A DNA stretch of 64,000 nt from Marsupella aquatica. Taxonomy: Eukaryota; Plantae; Marchantiophyta. Where the stretch lies: assembly GCA_973895155.1 (NCBI GenBank), contig OZ316896.1, positions 5,593,303-5,657,302 on the forward strand. Reading direction: 5' to 3'. The translations under genes and the position numbers were made by a program. Of the stretch, positions 36,956 through 49,479 are shown piece after piece (within the stretch, counting starts at the first letter, position 1; each line of letters opens with the position of its first letter). Under the pieces are notes generated by a model. The model saw only the letters and a list, made by a program, of their open reading frames with translations, made no database searches and was not told the origin of the DNA.

Positions 36956-38969
36956 TCCCAGTTCAAGAAGAAGGCAGAGAGTAACCATTGCTCAACATGC
37001 GCCAACTGTTAAGATGCTATATCTCTGCTAAAGAGTACAAATTCATCGGAGCAGTCGTCCAGGTGCATGACCATTGTCGTTTGATCCTGCTGCTCTGGGC
37101 GGCGTTGTTTATCGATCTGTAGGTCGCGGAGTACCCGTTCAATCTTACGGCGCTTCAATTTTTTGGGTGCGCCTCCCTGTGCACCAGGAAGAAAAGTTTA
37201 AGGAAGCTGTAACACGGTACAAATTCTATCTCGACGTCGTCTAGGTATAGTGCTGTGGTGGTTTGCCTTTTCTGTACCTGGGCAGACTTGGGCACCAGGC
37301 GGGAAGGATAAAAGACGCAAAACCTCTTCGAAAGGGTGAAATTTCGCTGGATATTCTGCAAGTTTATCGGAGCAATCATCCACTAACATCAGTGTTGTGG
37401 TTGACTTCTGCTGCTCTGTCCCTGTAAACCAAGCAGCATGTAAATATCCATTATCTTTGCCGAAGAATGGAATTTTATATGAGATGTCCTTCAATTGGAT
37501 CGTTGCTGTAGTTTGCTTATGCTCTGGCATCAGGCTGGATGATGCACTTGGGCAAATGCATCATAGGCGCGAATTGCTGCTGCTGCTCTGTCCCGAGGCA
37601 CCGGGTTGGAAATTGTAAACGTGCAGTGCCTCTGCTTAAGGGTGCGAATATATCTTGACAATAGTCCAGCTGCATTGCTGTTGTGGCTGACATCTACTCC
37701 TCTATCTCTGGGAACCTGGGAGGAAATTATGAAGATGCCATATGCAATTAAGTGTTTAACTTCATTAGACCATTTGTCCAAGTGTATTACTCTTGTTGTG
37801 GTTTACTCCAGCTGCTCTATTCCTGGGCCAGGCATGGAAGCGTAAAGGTGGAGAGTCTATCCTGTACAAATAGGAAACCATTTAAGAAATCTGTTGCGGT
37901 TTTCGTCTTGGCTATATTGCTGGCACCAGGCTCATTCGGTACATGCCAATTCATTTTGTTGATGAGACTGAGTAGTTCTATTTCATGAAAATAGATCATT
38001 CTTCTGTACCAGGGCTTTGATCTACTCATAGATATCGTGAGCCTTGATGTTCGTATCAAGAACATTGCTCAATCGCGAATTGTAAACATTATTATTAAAA
38101 GTTCTCTGCCCTAATCGGCTGAATACTCTTCTACGCGGATGATCTCCACCCCCAGAAGGATTTCGAACTTTCAAAAATAATGTGGTCATTACTGTGCTAT
38201 ACAATCATGGCTAGATTGTAATTTATTCAGAAGAGTCAACCCAGAATATAATTTGTAGACAGCACATCACAAAGACCTAGTCGTCATGACGAGCCATGGC
38301 ACTTCCTATTTTTCTGGAACGGAGAACCATATCAAAATTTCGAGTGGGCTATGTGTGTTGAACCGTTTAGCACTCTCCATCGAGTCGTGGATGCCAGAGG
38401 CGATCTGATACACAGATGAAGTCAAATAAAGTTATTTGGATGTGCAATGGCTTATGCCTGCCTGCCCAAACTACCCTGAAGATCGTCTGCTTCGAATGAT
38501 TTTGGTTTTCTAGTCATTTCAGGGCAATGTTGTCAGCACGAAAGGGACTCTTGGGTTTGGAACTTTGCGGAAGGACCTCACTCACTTTAGTTGATCCGAT
38601 GTTAAATTTTGAAGCTCTGAATGAGGCACGCTCCGGCCAGTCGAGAATGCTGCCAGTCATTAGGTTCAGAGTGCCAACAACGTTTCTTGCTTGAATATTG
38701 AATGGCTTCTATATGTTTATGCCGAGAAAGCCAACAAAATTCTTCCTTGAACATCCAAGGCTAGCGAATTTTTCACGGATGTTATGGGCAGTCTTGGTCT
38801 CATATTATTTCAACAAATGCTTCACATGATTTTCAGGAAATGAGATTCGTGTCTACGAGGTGTAAAATTTTGACCCATAATTTTCCGTGATGTCCGCAAA
38901 GTGTGCATTCGTCTGTACTGCATCAGCAAGGAATAAGCTTGGATCGAAGGGCTCAAAAACTTATTTTGC

Positions 38970-39190
38970 CACACTTTCAAGCAGAAATCTTAAGCGTCTC
39001 AAGAGCATCACGCTAAGCATAAACTTAACATATTTTGTCAGGTAACTTTCAAGCAGAATAATCAAGCCTCTCCAGAGTATCACGTTAAGCATAAACTTGG
39101 CAAGGAAGAGAACTGCAAGTACCATGCATTAAATTGTCGCTGTCTGAGAACTTGCCAAGCGACCTTCCCCTCTCAAGAGCATCACTCAAA
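38970..39190. repeat. Short degenerate direct repeats
   Basis: ACTTTCAAGCAGAA...CTC(A/C)AGAG(C/T)ATCACG.TAAGCATAAACTT occurs twice plus a partial copy. Confidence 0.55.
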
Positions 39191-39504
39191 TATTCATGTG
39201 TCCAGGAACTTGGGCACGGGACCCTAGCCTTTCAAGACAATCATGCAAAAGTTCTGCGTAATCTATGAAGTCTGTAAGGGATCTTGCAAGATTGCATCAT
39301 GCCCATGTTTATGTTGAACGTACCATGTAACATCACAACAAGCTGGAAAGCTGTTCTCCAACAACCCTGGATCGAAAATAACATTAATTTTCCAACTGTA
39401 CAATTGATTTGCCACATCATGCATTATGAGTAACCAGCACATCAATGTTCCACTTGACGGTCACTACTGTAGACAATATCGGCAGGAGCTAAAGTGGAAC
39501 TTTC

Positions 39505-41795
39505 TCATCCTTTCGTGGAAGACCTTTTCTTCCCCCTCTGGTAGTAGTTTCTTGGTATTTTGTACCGCTTTCTACGTGCACGAGGTCTACCTTCAACCTT
39601 GATCTTGCAAGATTGATCAACTTCAACATTTACATCATCTTTGTGCGTGATAGTGTCCTCATTTTCTAATTCTCCATCAAGTTCAAGATCTCCTTCCTCC
39701 GTTACATCAGGAGAAGCGTCCACTGGACGGTCACTACTGTGGAAACTATCGGCAGGAGCTACAACTGGATCCACCAAGGGAATGTCAGCAACAGGTGAAT
39801 GTAATTCGCTCCTCGGTCTCTTTGTTCTCTCCTCAGGTGATTGTAATTCGCTCCTCGGTCTCTTTGTTCTCTCCTCAGGTGATTGTAATTCGCTCCTCGA
39901 TCTCTTTGTTCTATCCCTGGTTTTGACTGTTGGGGTTGTTGGGGTTGTTGCAGAAGTGGGACATACCCCGAGAGTTTCCGTCCTTGTTGCTACGTCTGGT
40001 CCTGCTGTAAATAAAGGTGACTGTAATATGCTCTGTACAAGATCCGCTTCTGGAGATATGGTTGTTCCTAGACAGTCTTTGATTGTATTTCCGGTGATTC
40101 CTGGTGGTCCAGCTGAACTGGTTGGACTTGCAGAAGGTGACGGTATGCCAGGAGAAGAACTCTTCGGAACACCTTTTCGCATATTCAACAGCATGTAGAC
40201 CCATGCAGAGGGAAACCCAATCATGAAGCATTGGACTAGCTGCACATGGCATATCCAAGAAACAGTAAGACAACCAAAAGACGGAAGTGCAATTCAGACT
40301 GAATGACAAAGAAAGAACACTAAGAGCCTCAAGAGTGTAAGAATATGAAATTTTGGGCTATGAAGATTGATGGTGAAACGGATGCTCACAGAGGGCGAAA
40401 AGCCGCTGGCAATGGACTTTTCTATGTTGATCATGCCCATCAATCCAACCTCCAGTCCGTCAGTTGTGCGCAGCTTCCACCTTTCTAACCGCTCCACCAC
40501 AGTCCCGGCTTCGAAATAGTCTTGGTCTTCCATTCTGCATGACTCGCAGATTTCAGAGTTAGACTCGACCAGAGATCCTGGAAGGTATTTCTAGGGATTC
40601 AATTGTCATACCGATTTATCCCTTTTAGAATGTCAGAGTGCTTCGAATAGAGAAGGGTAATGTGCTTAGCCAAGGAGAATTCCACACAGCGATCAAACTG
40701 ATGCATTTTCTTTCCATTCGTTCCATTCATTGAAATTCCTTCTATTTCGTTTCGCACTATCCCTTTGACCCTGATGCGTTCCCTCTCAATAGAGGAAGGC
40801 ATCTATCATGAAAACGAGGGATGTGGAAACGAGTACAGACCGAGGGCACCGATAGCCACCAATAGCCACACTCGAGAATCTGGAGGGGTCTGCAGCATAA
40901 CCTTCGCGGGGGGGTTTCATCAGATGCCAGCCATAGAGAATTATCTGCGAGGGCAACAATTATGGTTGAATTGACGCCAAAAATCTCTTCAGCCTATCTC
41001 GACAGAAGATAATTCTCTAAACACACGGGAAAAAGTGCAAGAGAAATGCAATACCTGTTTTAGCGGAGCCTTCGTTTGCGTGGGAGAATTGGCCATGAAT
41101 CCTGGGCGCAACGAGGAGCTCCTCGTCTCAACTTCCCCGCGAATTAATGGAAAGTTTGGCATGCCACCAACAGCCGCAGCGTTTTGCTGAAACTCGAGGG
41201 ACTCGACAAACAAGGAGCTTCGGCTTCTGGCCCTCGTTCTCTCGACCATACAGTTTGCTGAACCACTCCTTTCACGGCGCATCGCTACAGAGCCACAGCA
41301 GCCACGGTCGCAAATGTTATTCGGGCGGCCAGTTTGGTCACTAATGGGAGTAGAGGAACCGGTTATTCCGTGGCAGTATCTCTTATGACTCGAGCTCTGA
41401 TGATGATCATGATCGTCGTAGATGAGTTCTGGTTGTTGGCATCCACTGCAACTGCATGTCAGATGAACGGAACCTCTTTGAACGTGACCAGCTCCATAGA
41501 GGAAAGCTTCACTATGAAGCTCGCCCATGTCCGGCTGCATATCAGGAAATCTCCCCGGCAAGCACGCTATCTGATTACCGTAAAACTCATCCCTATAGTT
41601 CCTTTGGTGGCACTCCCCAGTTGTCACATGGCCTGAACGGATAGCTCCTCCATTCCTTATGTCAACACTTTCATATCTTCTTGGCGGCAGTTCCCCAGCG
41701 TAGAACATAGAGGAATTCATACTCGTTACCAATGGACAATGGAGAACCAAAGCAAGCAGCCCGCAAAAATGCAGCTCGACTCCCGACCTCTCCAA
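39505..41795 (-). CDS. SANTA (SANT-associated) domain protein, KNL2/EMB1674-like; approximate exons 41056-41720, 40834-40944, 40391-40534, 39505-40239; start uncertain
   Basis: Spliced SANTA signature IILYGWHLMK...VAIGG / VVERLERWKLRTTDGLEVGLMGMINIEKSIASGFSPS / LVQCFMIGFPSAW, with plausible GT/AG boundaries. Confidence 0.75.
39790..39912 (-). repeat. Coding 42-bp tandem repeat x3 (RTKRPRSELQSPEE)
   Basis: TGTAATTCGCTCCTCGGTCTCTTTGTTCTCTCCTCAGGTGAT is repeated in frame. Confidence 0.9.
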
Positions 41796-43059
41796 CTTCC
41801 TTCAAGCTGCCAAATCATTTAATCCCAACTCCAATGCCAAGATTCGAAGAGCTGTGGGAGAAAGAGCGAAGCGCTCTGCAGCCAAAATGTAGAGAGCATA
41901 TCAGTAGACGTAAGCAATGTGCGTTCGAGTAGACCAAGCTCGCAACAAGACATAAACCCACGACGAGGCGAGACGTTGAGAAACTGAAATCGCGCCAGCA
42001 AGCGAAACTTCCACATTCCAAGCCAAAGTTGATTTTACTTCGGACATGAGAGCCAGCAACAACGCAGGGAAGAACCCCGAGCCATCCCCAAAAGAGTCCT
42101 CGTCGGTCAGTAAACTTCGGAGAGCGTTTCCTAGTTCGAGACACCTGACGAAATTCGTTTAGAGACAGAAAGCTGGAGGGCCGTGAACTTTCCCGCCAAG
42201 GTATGACAGAATATTCATTGGAACTAGCACAAGAGAGCGAACACAGTCATGTGGAATCAGAAAGGGCGTCAGAGAGGGTCCTTCAATCTTCCACGAGACC
42301 GTAACAGTCTTGCCATGCAACAACGAGAAGTGAGACATCGTGCTCTTAAAAACACGCGGTATGCTGGAAACGATCATACCCATTGATTGAGAAGCTCCGC
42401 CAACACTGACGGAACGACCCATCCGTCAATCGTTTCCACCAGAACTGCATAGGGCTGGCCCCGAAAGAACCCAACTGGAACGACGACGCTCTAGCAATTC
42501 CTCAAGCTCATCCCCGAAGGAAACTCTCCAGCCTCCTCGCCCCCTCGCCTCTACTCGCCAAAACAACCATCCCCGTCCTCGAGTGAGCACCGCAGTGATT
42601 TCAGAAACGCCTGAGGAAGGATGTGCGTGACAACGCGCCAGCAAATGCTGAAAAACTCTCTCGACCGCAGTTTCCATACACCAAAACAAAACTCACTGGA
42701 CCACAGTTTGCGTTCGAGACCAAAAACTAAATAGAATCGCTCTCGAGGTCGACGATTACCATACTTTGCAGATTGGGTTGACGTCGGGCGGTTCCCTGCA
42801 GTGTGTGATGTCCACCTGCTAATGGTGAATTCTTGGTGAGAGGAAACAGCGAACGAAATAATACGCAGGAGGTGCTGAGTTGGGCATTTTGAGGGTTTTA
42901 CAGGGTTTTGCCGTCCCGCCAAATGAGCACCGGGATACGGTATGGGTTTGAATGGAAAAGTTTGTTTCAAGAGAGACATAATAGTTGAAGGGACCCCATG
43001 AAAAATATTATCTGATGGACCCACTGATGGACCCCATGAGGGATCTATGCTCATGATGA

Positions 43060-43490
43060 AGCTTAAATCAAGGTACCCAAAATCTCATGGGGCCTCATGG
43101 AGTCCACCACATAGCACTTTTCAATTTAGGACTTGAAATGAAGGTACCCAAAATCTCATGGGGTTTCATGGAGTCCATCCGGTACCACTATCCAATTACT
43201 ACCTGAAATCAGGGTACCCAAAATCTCATGGAGTCCATCAAGTAACACTTTTTCAATATAGTACCTTAAAAGAAGGTATCTAAAATCTCATGGGGTCTCA
43301 TGTAGTACATCAAGTAACACTTTTCAATTTAGTACCTTAAATCAAGGCACCCAAAATCTCATGGGGCCTCATGGAGTCCATCAAGTAACACTTTCCAATT
43401 TAGTACCTGAAATCAAGGTAATCAAAATCTCATGGGAACTTATGGAGTCCATCAAATAACACTTTTCAATTTAGGGGTCCATCAAGTATA
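43060..43490. repeat. ~70-bp minisatellite, about 6 copies
   Basis: The unit AAGGTACCCAAAATCTCATGGGGCCTCATGGAGTCCATCAAGTAACACTTTTCAATTTAGTACCT.AAATC is repeated. Confidence 0.9.
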
Positions 43491-45888
43491 TTTTTTTTCT
43501 TAACCACAAGGTACAAGTTACTTGTGTCTTGATTAGAGCACATCAAAATGTCACAATATATGGAGTACAATAAACATCACTCAGCGATGAAGATTGAGTT
43601 TATCATGGTATGGAGTGTCACACTACATTATATATTGTCCCATTTTGATGTGCAATTACCGGAATGCCACTTTATATATTAGAGGATGATCCCAATGGGA
43701 ATTATAGGATCCATTAACCAAACCAACTCCTGATCAATAATATTGAATAATCTTGCAAGTACCGGTCGAGTTAGATGAAATAGTTGATTTTAGAGCCTCT
43801 AGCCAAATTCCTTTCAAAGACCCTCCTATGCAGTACCTGGGAGCTCTACCAGACTTATCAGTCTACTGATAGTTCGGGTTTTAGCTTTTTAGTTCATGGT
43901 GATTGTTGCAGGGACTTTTTCATAGGATTCCTGTGTTTACGGACCCCACTAGAGGTCCCTTCCAAAATTCCTGGCACCACAGCATGCCACGTCAGCAACA
44001 ACCGCAACAAACAAGAATGGTCATGTTTGCGCAACGAATAAACTCCTCTCCATCTTGTTTACGTCGCTTTTCGTGTAATTTTATGGACGCCGTGCCGTCA
44101 AAACATAATGTAAAAGTAATTAAAAGTAATTCATCCAAATCTATTGATACAAAGGGTGAGATTAAAAACATTCACCCATATTCTCTTTACTTAAATTTAT
44201 AAAGTTTTTTTATAAAAGTAAATAGTGCTCAACATTGAAAATAACCGTATTCCTGTGTAACTGCCGAAATAAAACCGTCAGAACAAAAAAAGCAAATCAA
44301 CATTTCGGATAGGGAGGCTAACGTTGCTGGAGCCGAGGTGTTAACAGAACAACCAGCGAAGGCAAAACCAGTGCGCATTGGATTCATTTTGGGCGAGATT
44401 CTGCAATTGTTTCCCGAATCCCCTCATGAACTTCTAATTTACTTTCCACAACGGATAATGGAACACCACAGATAGACTAGGTAACATATCAAGCTTCCTC
44501 GAGCAATCCCTCCACCAGCCAAGTACGACCAGTCTTCATGCTGTTCAGACTCCTTCAGCCTCCCTAGACGAAGCTACCGTCCTCGCCTCCTTCGACCTAG
44601 CAAATGTCCGAGATCTCGAGAGAAGCAAAGAATTCAAGCAGCTGTCGAACCACAACCCGAGTCTCACACACAGAGCAGCCGTCAATTAGGAGAAATTCCT
44701 AAGCATGTAGGAACGAACACACTACCTCTTTCCCGAGTGCCGATTGCCTCGCTCCCCTTCCTGAAGAGCCGTAGACGAGATGAGCACTAACTGTGAAGGA
44801 AACTGGCGTACAAGTCGTGGCATCCGAACCGAGTAGGCGTCCACCACCGGCTGCCCAAACTAGCATGCAAACAGAAACAACATCACAGCCGGACCACATT
44901 TGCGGAGGGGGAAACGGTGATGGCGGATGGGCATTTTTCCAATTTTCTGGAAACCCCAGTCAGATCGTCAAGGCAGTCAAAATGCAGGTGCATTTGAGAA
45001 TTCGCATGTATTCCAAAACCAAAGAGGTGGAAAGGACATTCTATCGTACCTCAGGGCCAGAGATCTGAATTTCAGAAAAGAGGCGCAACACATCTTAATC
45101 AGAAACAAATAGATCGAGCAGAAAGAAGTAGAAGCAAAGAGAATTGATAAGGACATTGACAAGATCGAGAGAAAGCCTCGCATAGAAGAGCAGAAAGGCA
45201 GCGACCTGAGCAGAAGAAAAAGGCAAAAGCAGATCGATCGAGACAGAAAGAAAAGTGAAACTGAACCCCGATCTAAGGCCGAAAACTCACAAGCAAAAGA
45301 GAGAATTGAAGCAGCAGAAGTATCGGGAGGCACTGGCGAAAGAGATTTGACAAGGAGATTTGAAAAGCATATAAAGGCTCTGAAAATTGAAGAACGAGAA
45401 ATAGAAGCGCCGGCCCCGGAAGGAACTCAAAACTGAAATCGAACAAGGTCAACTTTCATTGTTGAACTCTTCTCTTGATTCTGACTTGTTAAGGCTTTTA
45501 AGGATTCTATTCGTCAGACTCTTGCTTCTTGTTGTACTTTTTTAGTAGGAGTAGTGGTCGTCATCGAATTCCTGGTTGTAGTCATTTGAGTGAAGGACGC
45601 TTTTGAACACTTGTCTGAACTCTAAGCAGTTGCAGGATTACGTACTGAACAATTATAGCACATGAGGAAACTGAGTCAGTTTGCATTTAGCTTGCGATAG
45701 GATGTCTTGTTTTGTTACTATTCGAAAGTTTCTGTGTTGGTGCTGGAAACGAAAATGGAATTATAGATCATCATGTTATAGAGATAAATGGCCGAGAGGG
45801 AGAGAACATTATGTTTCCAACCTTATGCCGCGCGTATGTGAGAGCTATTTCCTGGACCACAGAATCAACGCACGGGACTCAAATGTGC

Positions 45889-46065
45889 ATTTTTGTTTCC
45901 CAGTTAGAAAGGGCTCATCAATTATTTGCCGTAAGTTTTAAGATCCTATGACATAGATCATCCCGAGCTCCTTTGGGATTTTTGTTTCCCAGTTAGAAAG
46001 GGCTCATCAATTATTTGCCGTAAGTTTTAAGATCCTATGATAGAGATCGTCCCGAGCTCCTTTGG
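45889..46065. repeat. ~89-bp near-perfect tandem duplication
   Basis: ATTTTTGTTTCCCAGTTAGAAAGGGCTCATCAATTATTTGCCGTAAGTTTTAAGATCCTATGA...CCCGAGCTCCTTTGGG occurs twice. Confidence 0.85.
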
Positions 46066-48729
46066 GGCCGGTAAGCCAGTCTCTCGAGGACTTTTTTAGT
46101 AGGAGTAGTCGATGTTTGAAACAAGGCCCCGAGAGCTCTCTGAATTATGACCACAAAATTCAAATTCCGCATTGGCGCTCCCTCCTCGGAATCGGCGGTC
46201 GATGCCACTGGACTATCCTGGATGTCAAGGGCTCTGCTGCTAGGCTATTGTTTGTAACCCAACTTTTCCTGTCATTCCTCTCATCCCACTTTCGTGATTC
46301 ACCAAACGAAAACGATTTGGGCCCCGCAGCTGAAAAGCATATCGCCTGCCTTTGAACCAAAAAAACAACTCTAGTTGCTCCTCCTGCTGTTTCTTCAGGA
46401 CGCCTTTTCCCTCCCACAACTTTCACCGATCTCTTGGCCAGTCCACTTACATTATCCCCCGAAAATACAAAGGAACCCAATAGAGACTCGGAATAGGCAC
46501 TTTGCCCTGTCGAAACACGCCATTGGGCAAGAGCTGTCATCGTGCGTGCTTGACGCCCCGTCCGCCCTCCACTAAAGCACACAGCCAAGCTGGTGCCTCG
46601 TCTTAAATCTCTCCTTGTCATCCGTGTCCTACACCATCTAGCAAATTTAAATCTACACTAACCGCACTTCAAGCGCACTACTCAAATTGAAGAAGAATCA
46701 TGACAGGTCAAACTAGCCAAAGGCACTGCCACTGCAAGGAGCGGCTTGACATCAAAACAGTTCAGTCATCCATTCACTAACTCAGTGAAACACTTCTCCC
46801 ATCATAGCACAACCATTCTCCCTCAGTGTAGCAAACCAACTCCTTCCATTTAAGCCCTTTCCCTTCCAGAATGTCTAAGATATCGGCATCCCGAGTGGAT
46901 GTTCACTTCAGGCTCGATCAATGAACAAACGCCATCGGGACCTAGGCCCTCCAATCTACTGCACATGTACCCTAATTCCTCAAGCGCGGTGCAACACCGG
47001 TCCCGCTGAAAGATCCTCCCATGCCTCCCGGCTCCGTTACTCCTTCCCCTTCATCTCACTCACTGGCCTCCCTTCCTTCCTCCTCCTCTTCCTCCTCACC
47101 TCGTACCTTGCTACATCAAATTCCACCGCGCCAATGCTCCCAAGCTCTCAACTACAATCCAATCCAATCCGTCCTCTGTCTCACTCACTCTACGTCTCCC
47201 TGTCCTACGAAATTCTATGTCTATGGACGATGGCGTGGAAGCACTTCAATCAAGCAAATTCAATCAATCAATCGATCCATCACTCGATCAATCAATGAGG
47301 GGAGACGAGAAACACAGAGAGCTACAAGACGAGAATATGAAATCCTCAAATTGCAAGTGTCGACAATTGTCACTGCTCCTCCTCCACGAGACTGAAAGGC
47401 GAATACGAAGTGAGCATTTTTGTTTGGAGCTTCTTGGCGGCCCAATGAGAAGTCTCTTGCCACTCGTTTAAAAAGTGTTGCTAGGTTCCATTGGTGAAAC
47501 TCGGGCGACAAACACTGCCGACTTTTATTTGATATACACATAGAATCTTTTATTTATATTATATTATATTATTTTCCCTTCCGTGGCCAGTCATCGATAC
47601 GAGCATCTCCAGAGGTGACTACTATAGGGATTTATTTGTAAGGATGCAAAGAGTATGGCAATTTAAAACATTGTAACTTCTCTGCTGAATGCAGGAAATG
47701 CTTAGACTGGGATCGAATCACAGACCGAGAGATCGAGAGGTGAAAGACTGAAAGCTGGACATCATGTGACCTATAATTAGAGAGACACCTTAAATAAAGT
47801 GAGTCAAGCAACTTACACTTAGAGCCTATAATTAGACTGAAATTTATAACTAGATTGACACCTGAAATAAACTTAAGTGAGTCACAATTTTATGTGAGAT
47901 GTATTTTATAGGCTAAGCTATCTTACTAATAATTTGCAAAGCTACTTAAGGCCTATGGTCTAGAGTTGGCAACTCCCAATAAAGACAAAACTGATAATGA
48001 GTCTTTAATAATCACACAACTTAAAAAATGAAAAAAAAAGTATGGGGGAGGGTGGACAAAGAACTAGATTGGCACAGACGAACCCAAATTAAAGCATACT
48101 TAGAATTGTTTCCGTGTTAGTCAGGGTGTTAGTGTAACTTACTAGAGGTTTAAAGTTTGTTTGGTACTCACACAAGTCTTCTTGCAGAAAGGGCAGGTGT
48201 GTCGGCTGACTTACTTAATGGTGTTCGGGAAGTTGGACGTGAGTTTTCAAGTTACCTAGAGAAGAGAAGCTTCGGATAAGTTAAACAGCGCTTCTACATA
48301 CAGGTTTGCTGTCTCCTAACATCAAGTTCTTCCTGCTTTTTGTGTGGTCCCTAACATGATTATTGAACCCTAATTTCCTTACTATTTTCTAATATAATTT
48401 TTGGTTATTTAATTTGGCATTTACTCTGTTGCGGTCCTTTTAAGACGGTTTAGTGTGCTTCGAATCCGGACCAACTCCAAATCATAGCCATGTTTGAATT
48501 GCTTTTTGTCATTACAATTTTGAATTGCAACAAAGATCCTCACTTTGTAAAGAACATGAAGTAAAAAAAGTTTATATATACAAATATATCTTTATATTGA
48601 CTGAGTATTAAACTTATATAATTCATTAGATTAGATTACAAGGTTCTATAGTTGCCTGTACCATTAGCATATTGTCCAAATGCAAGACTTGATCCCGGTT
48701 GGGATCATCGTCTTGGACAAATTTCTTGA

Positions 48730-49450
48730 TTCGGCTTTAGGGGTGATACCCAAAACTGGGAGAACTATGCCTTGACTTGGTACAAGTCTTGGAAGAAGTC
48801 GCAAGAGGACTCCTCCTTGCCGTTAACTTGGGAAATCCTAGTTGAGGGTCTTCGTGCTCATGTCACCACTAAGTACCTAGAGCGGCACGCTTAGAGATGT
48901 GTAACGTAAATGAGCTTTAGGGGTGATATCCAAATGATCATCACTTATTATCAAAACCAGTTGGTGTGTATCCCGACGGGGCAAGAGACACTACATACAC
49001 AACTGCACAACTTTCTAGTGATTCACGAGTGGCGCCATGGGTCATCATTGTAGTAAGGATTGTTCCACCAAAGGTGGCAAGCCGAGCAGAGATGGAGGGC
49101 AGAAGGGCATTAAGTAATGCTCTAACCGAAATACCTAGGAGAACTATGCCTTGACTTGGTACAAGTCTTGGTAAATGAGCTTTAGGGGTGATATCCAAAA
49201 GCTCATCACTTATTATCAAAACCAGTTGGAAGTTAACGGCAATCACTTATTATGTCACAAGTTCTAACGGTAATCTGGGTGTTGCGTTGGTGGATACAGG
49301 CGCGGCCGCCTGCTTCATGAGTGGCATGACCTTCGAGTAGTGTTTATGGCATGACTTTGAAGAGGTGCTTGGCGCTCTGCTAACTTGGGCTGGAGCCAAG
49401 CAACCAACTCTTCTTGGTAACTACGAGATCGCGATAAGCAAGTCTCGTTT
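48730..49450 (+). mobile_element. Highly degraded Ty3/Gypsy-like gag/protease remnant with internal duplications
   Basis: Gag-like YALTWYKSWKKSQEDSSLPLTWEILVEGLRAH at ~48766 and protease VALVDTGAAACFMS at 49281. GCTTTAGGGGTGATA occurs three times and GGAGAACTATGCCTTGACTTGGTACAAGTCTTGG twice. Confidence 0.55.
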
Positions 49451-49479
49451 CTGAAATTTCATTGAGCGAATTTTGGATG

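Noticed and set aside
43060-43490. CRISPR-like appearance of regularly spaced repeats
   Set aside because: There are no unique spacers, the whole unit repeats, the context is eukaryotic and no cas genes are present.
44456-45436. Lys/Glu-rich decayed reading frame
   Set aside because: Many stops and no recognisable homology, so a pseudogene call cannot be supported.
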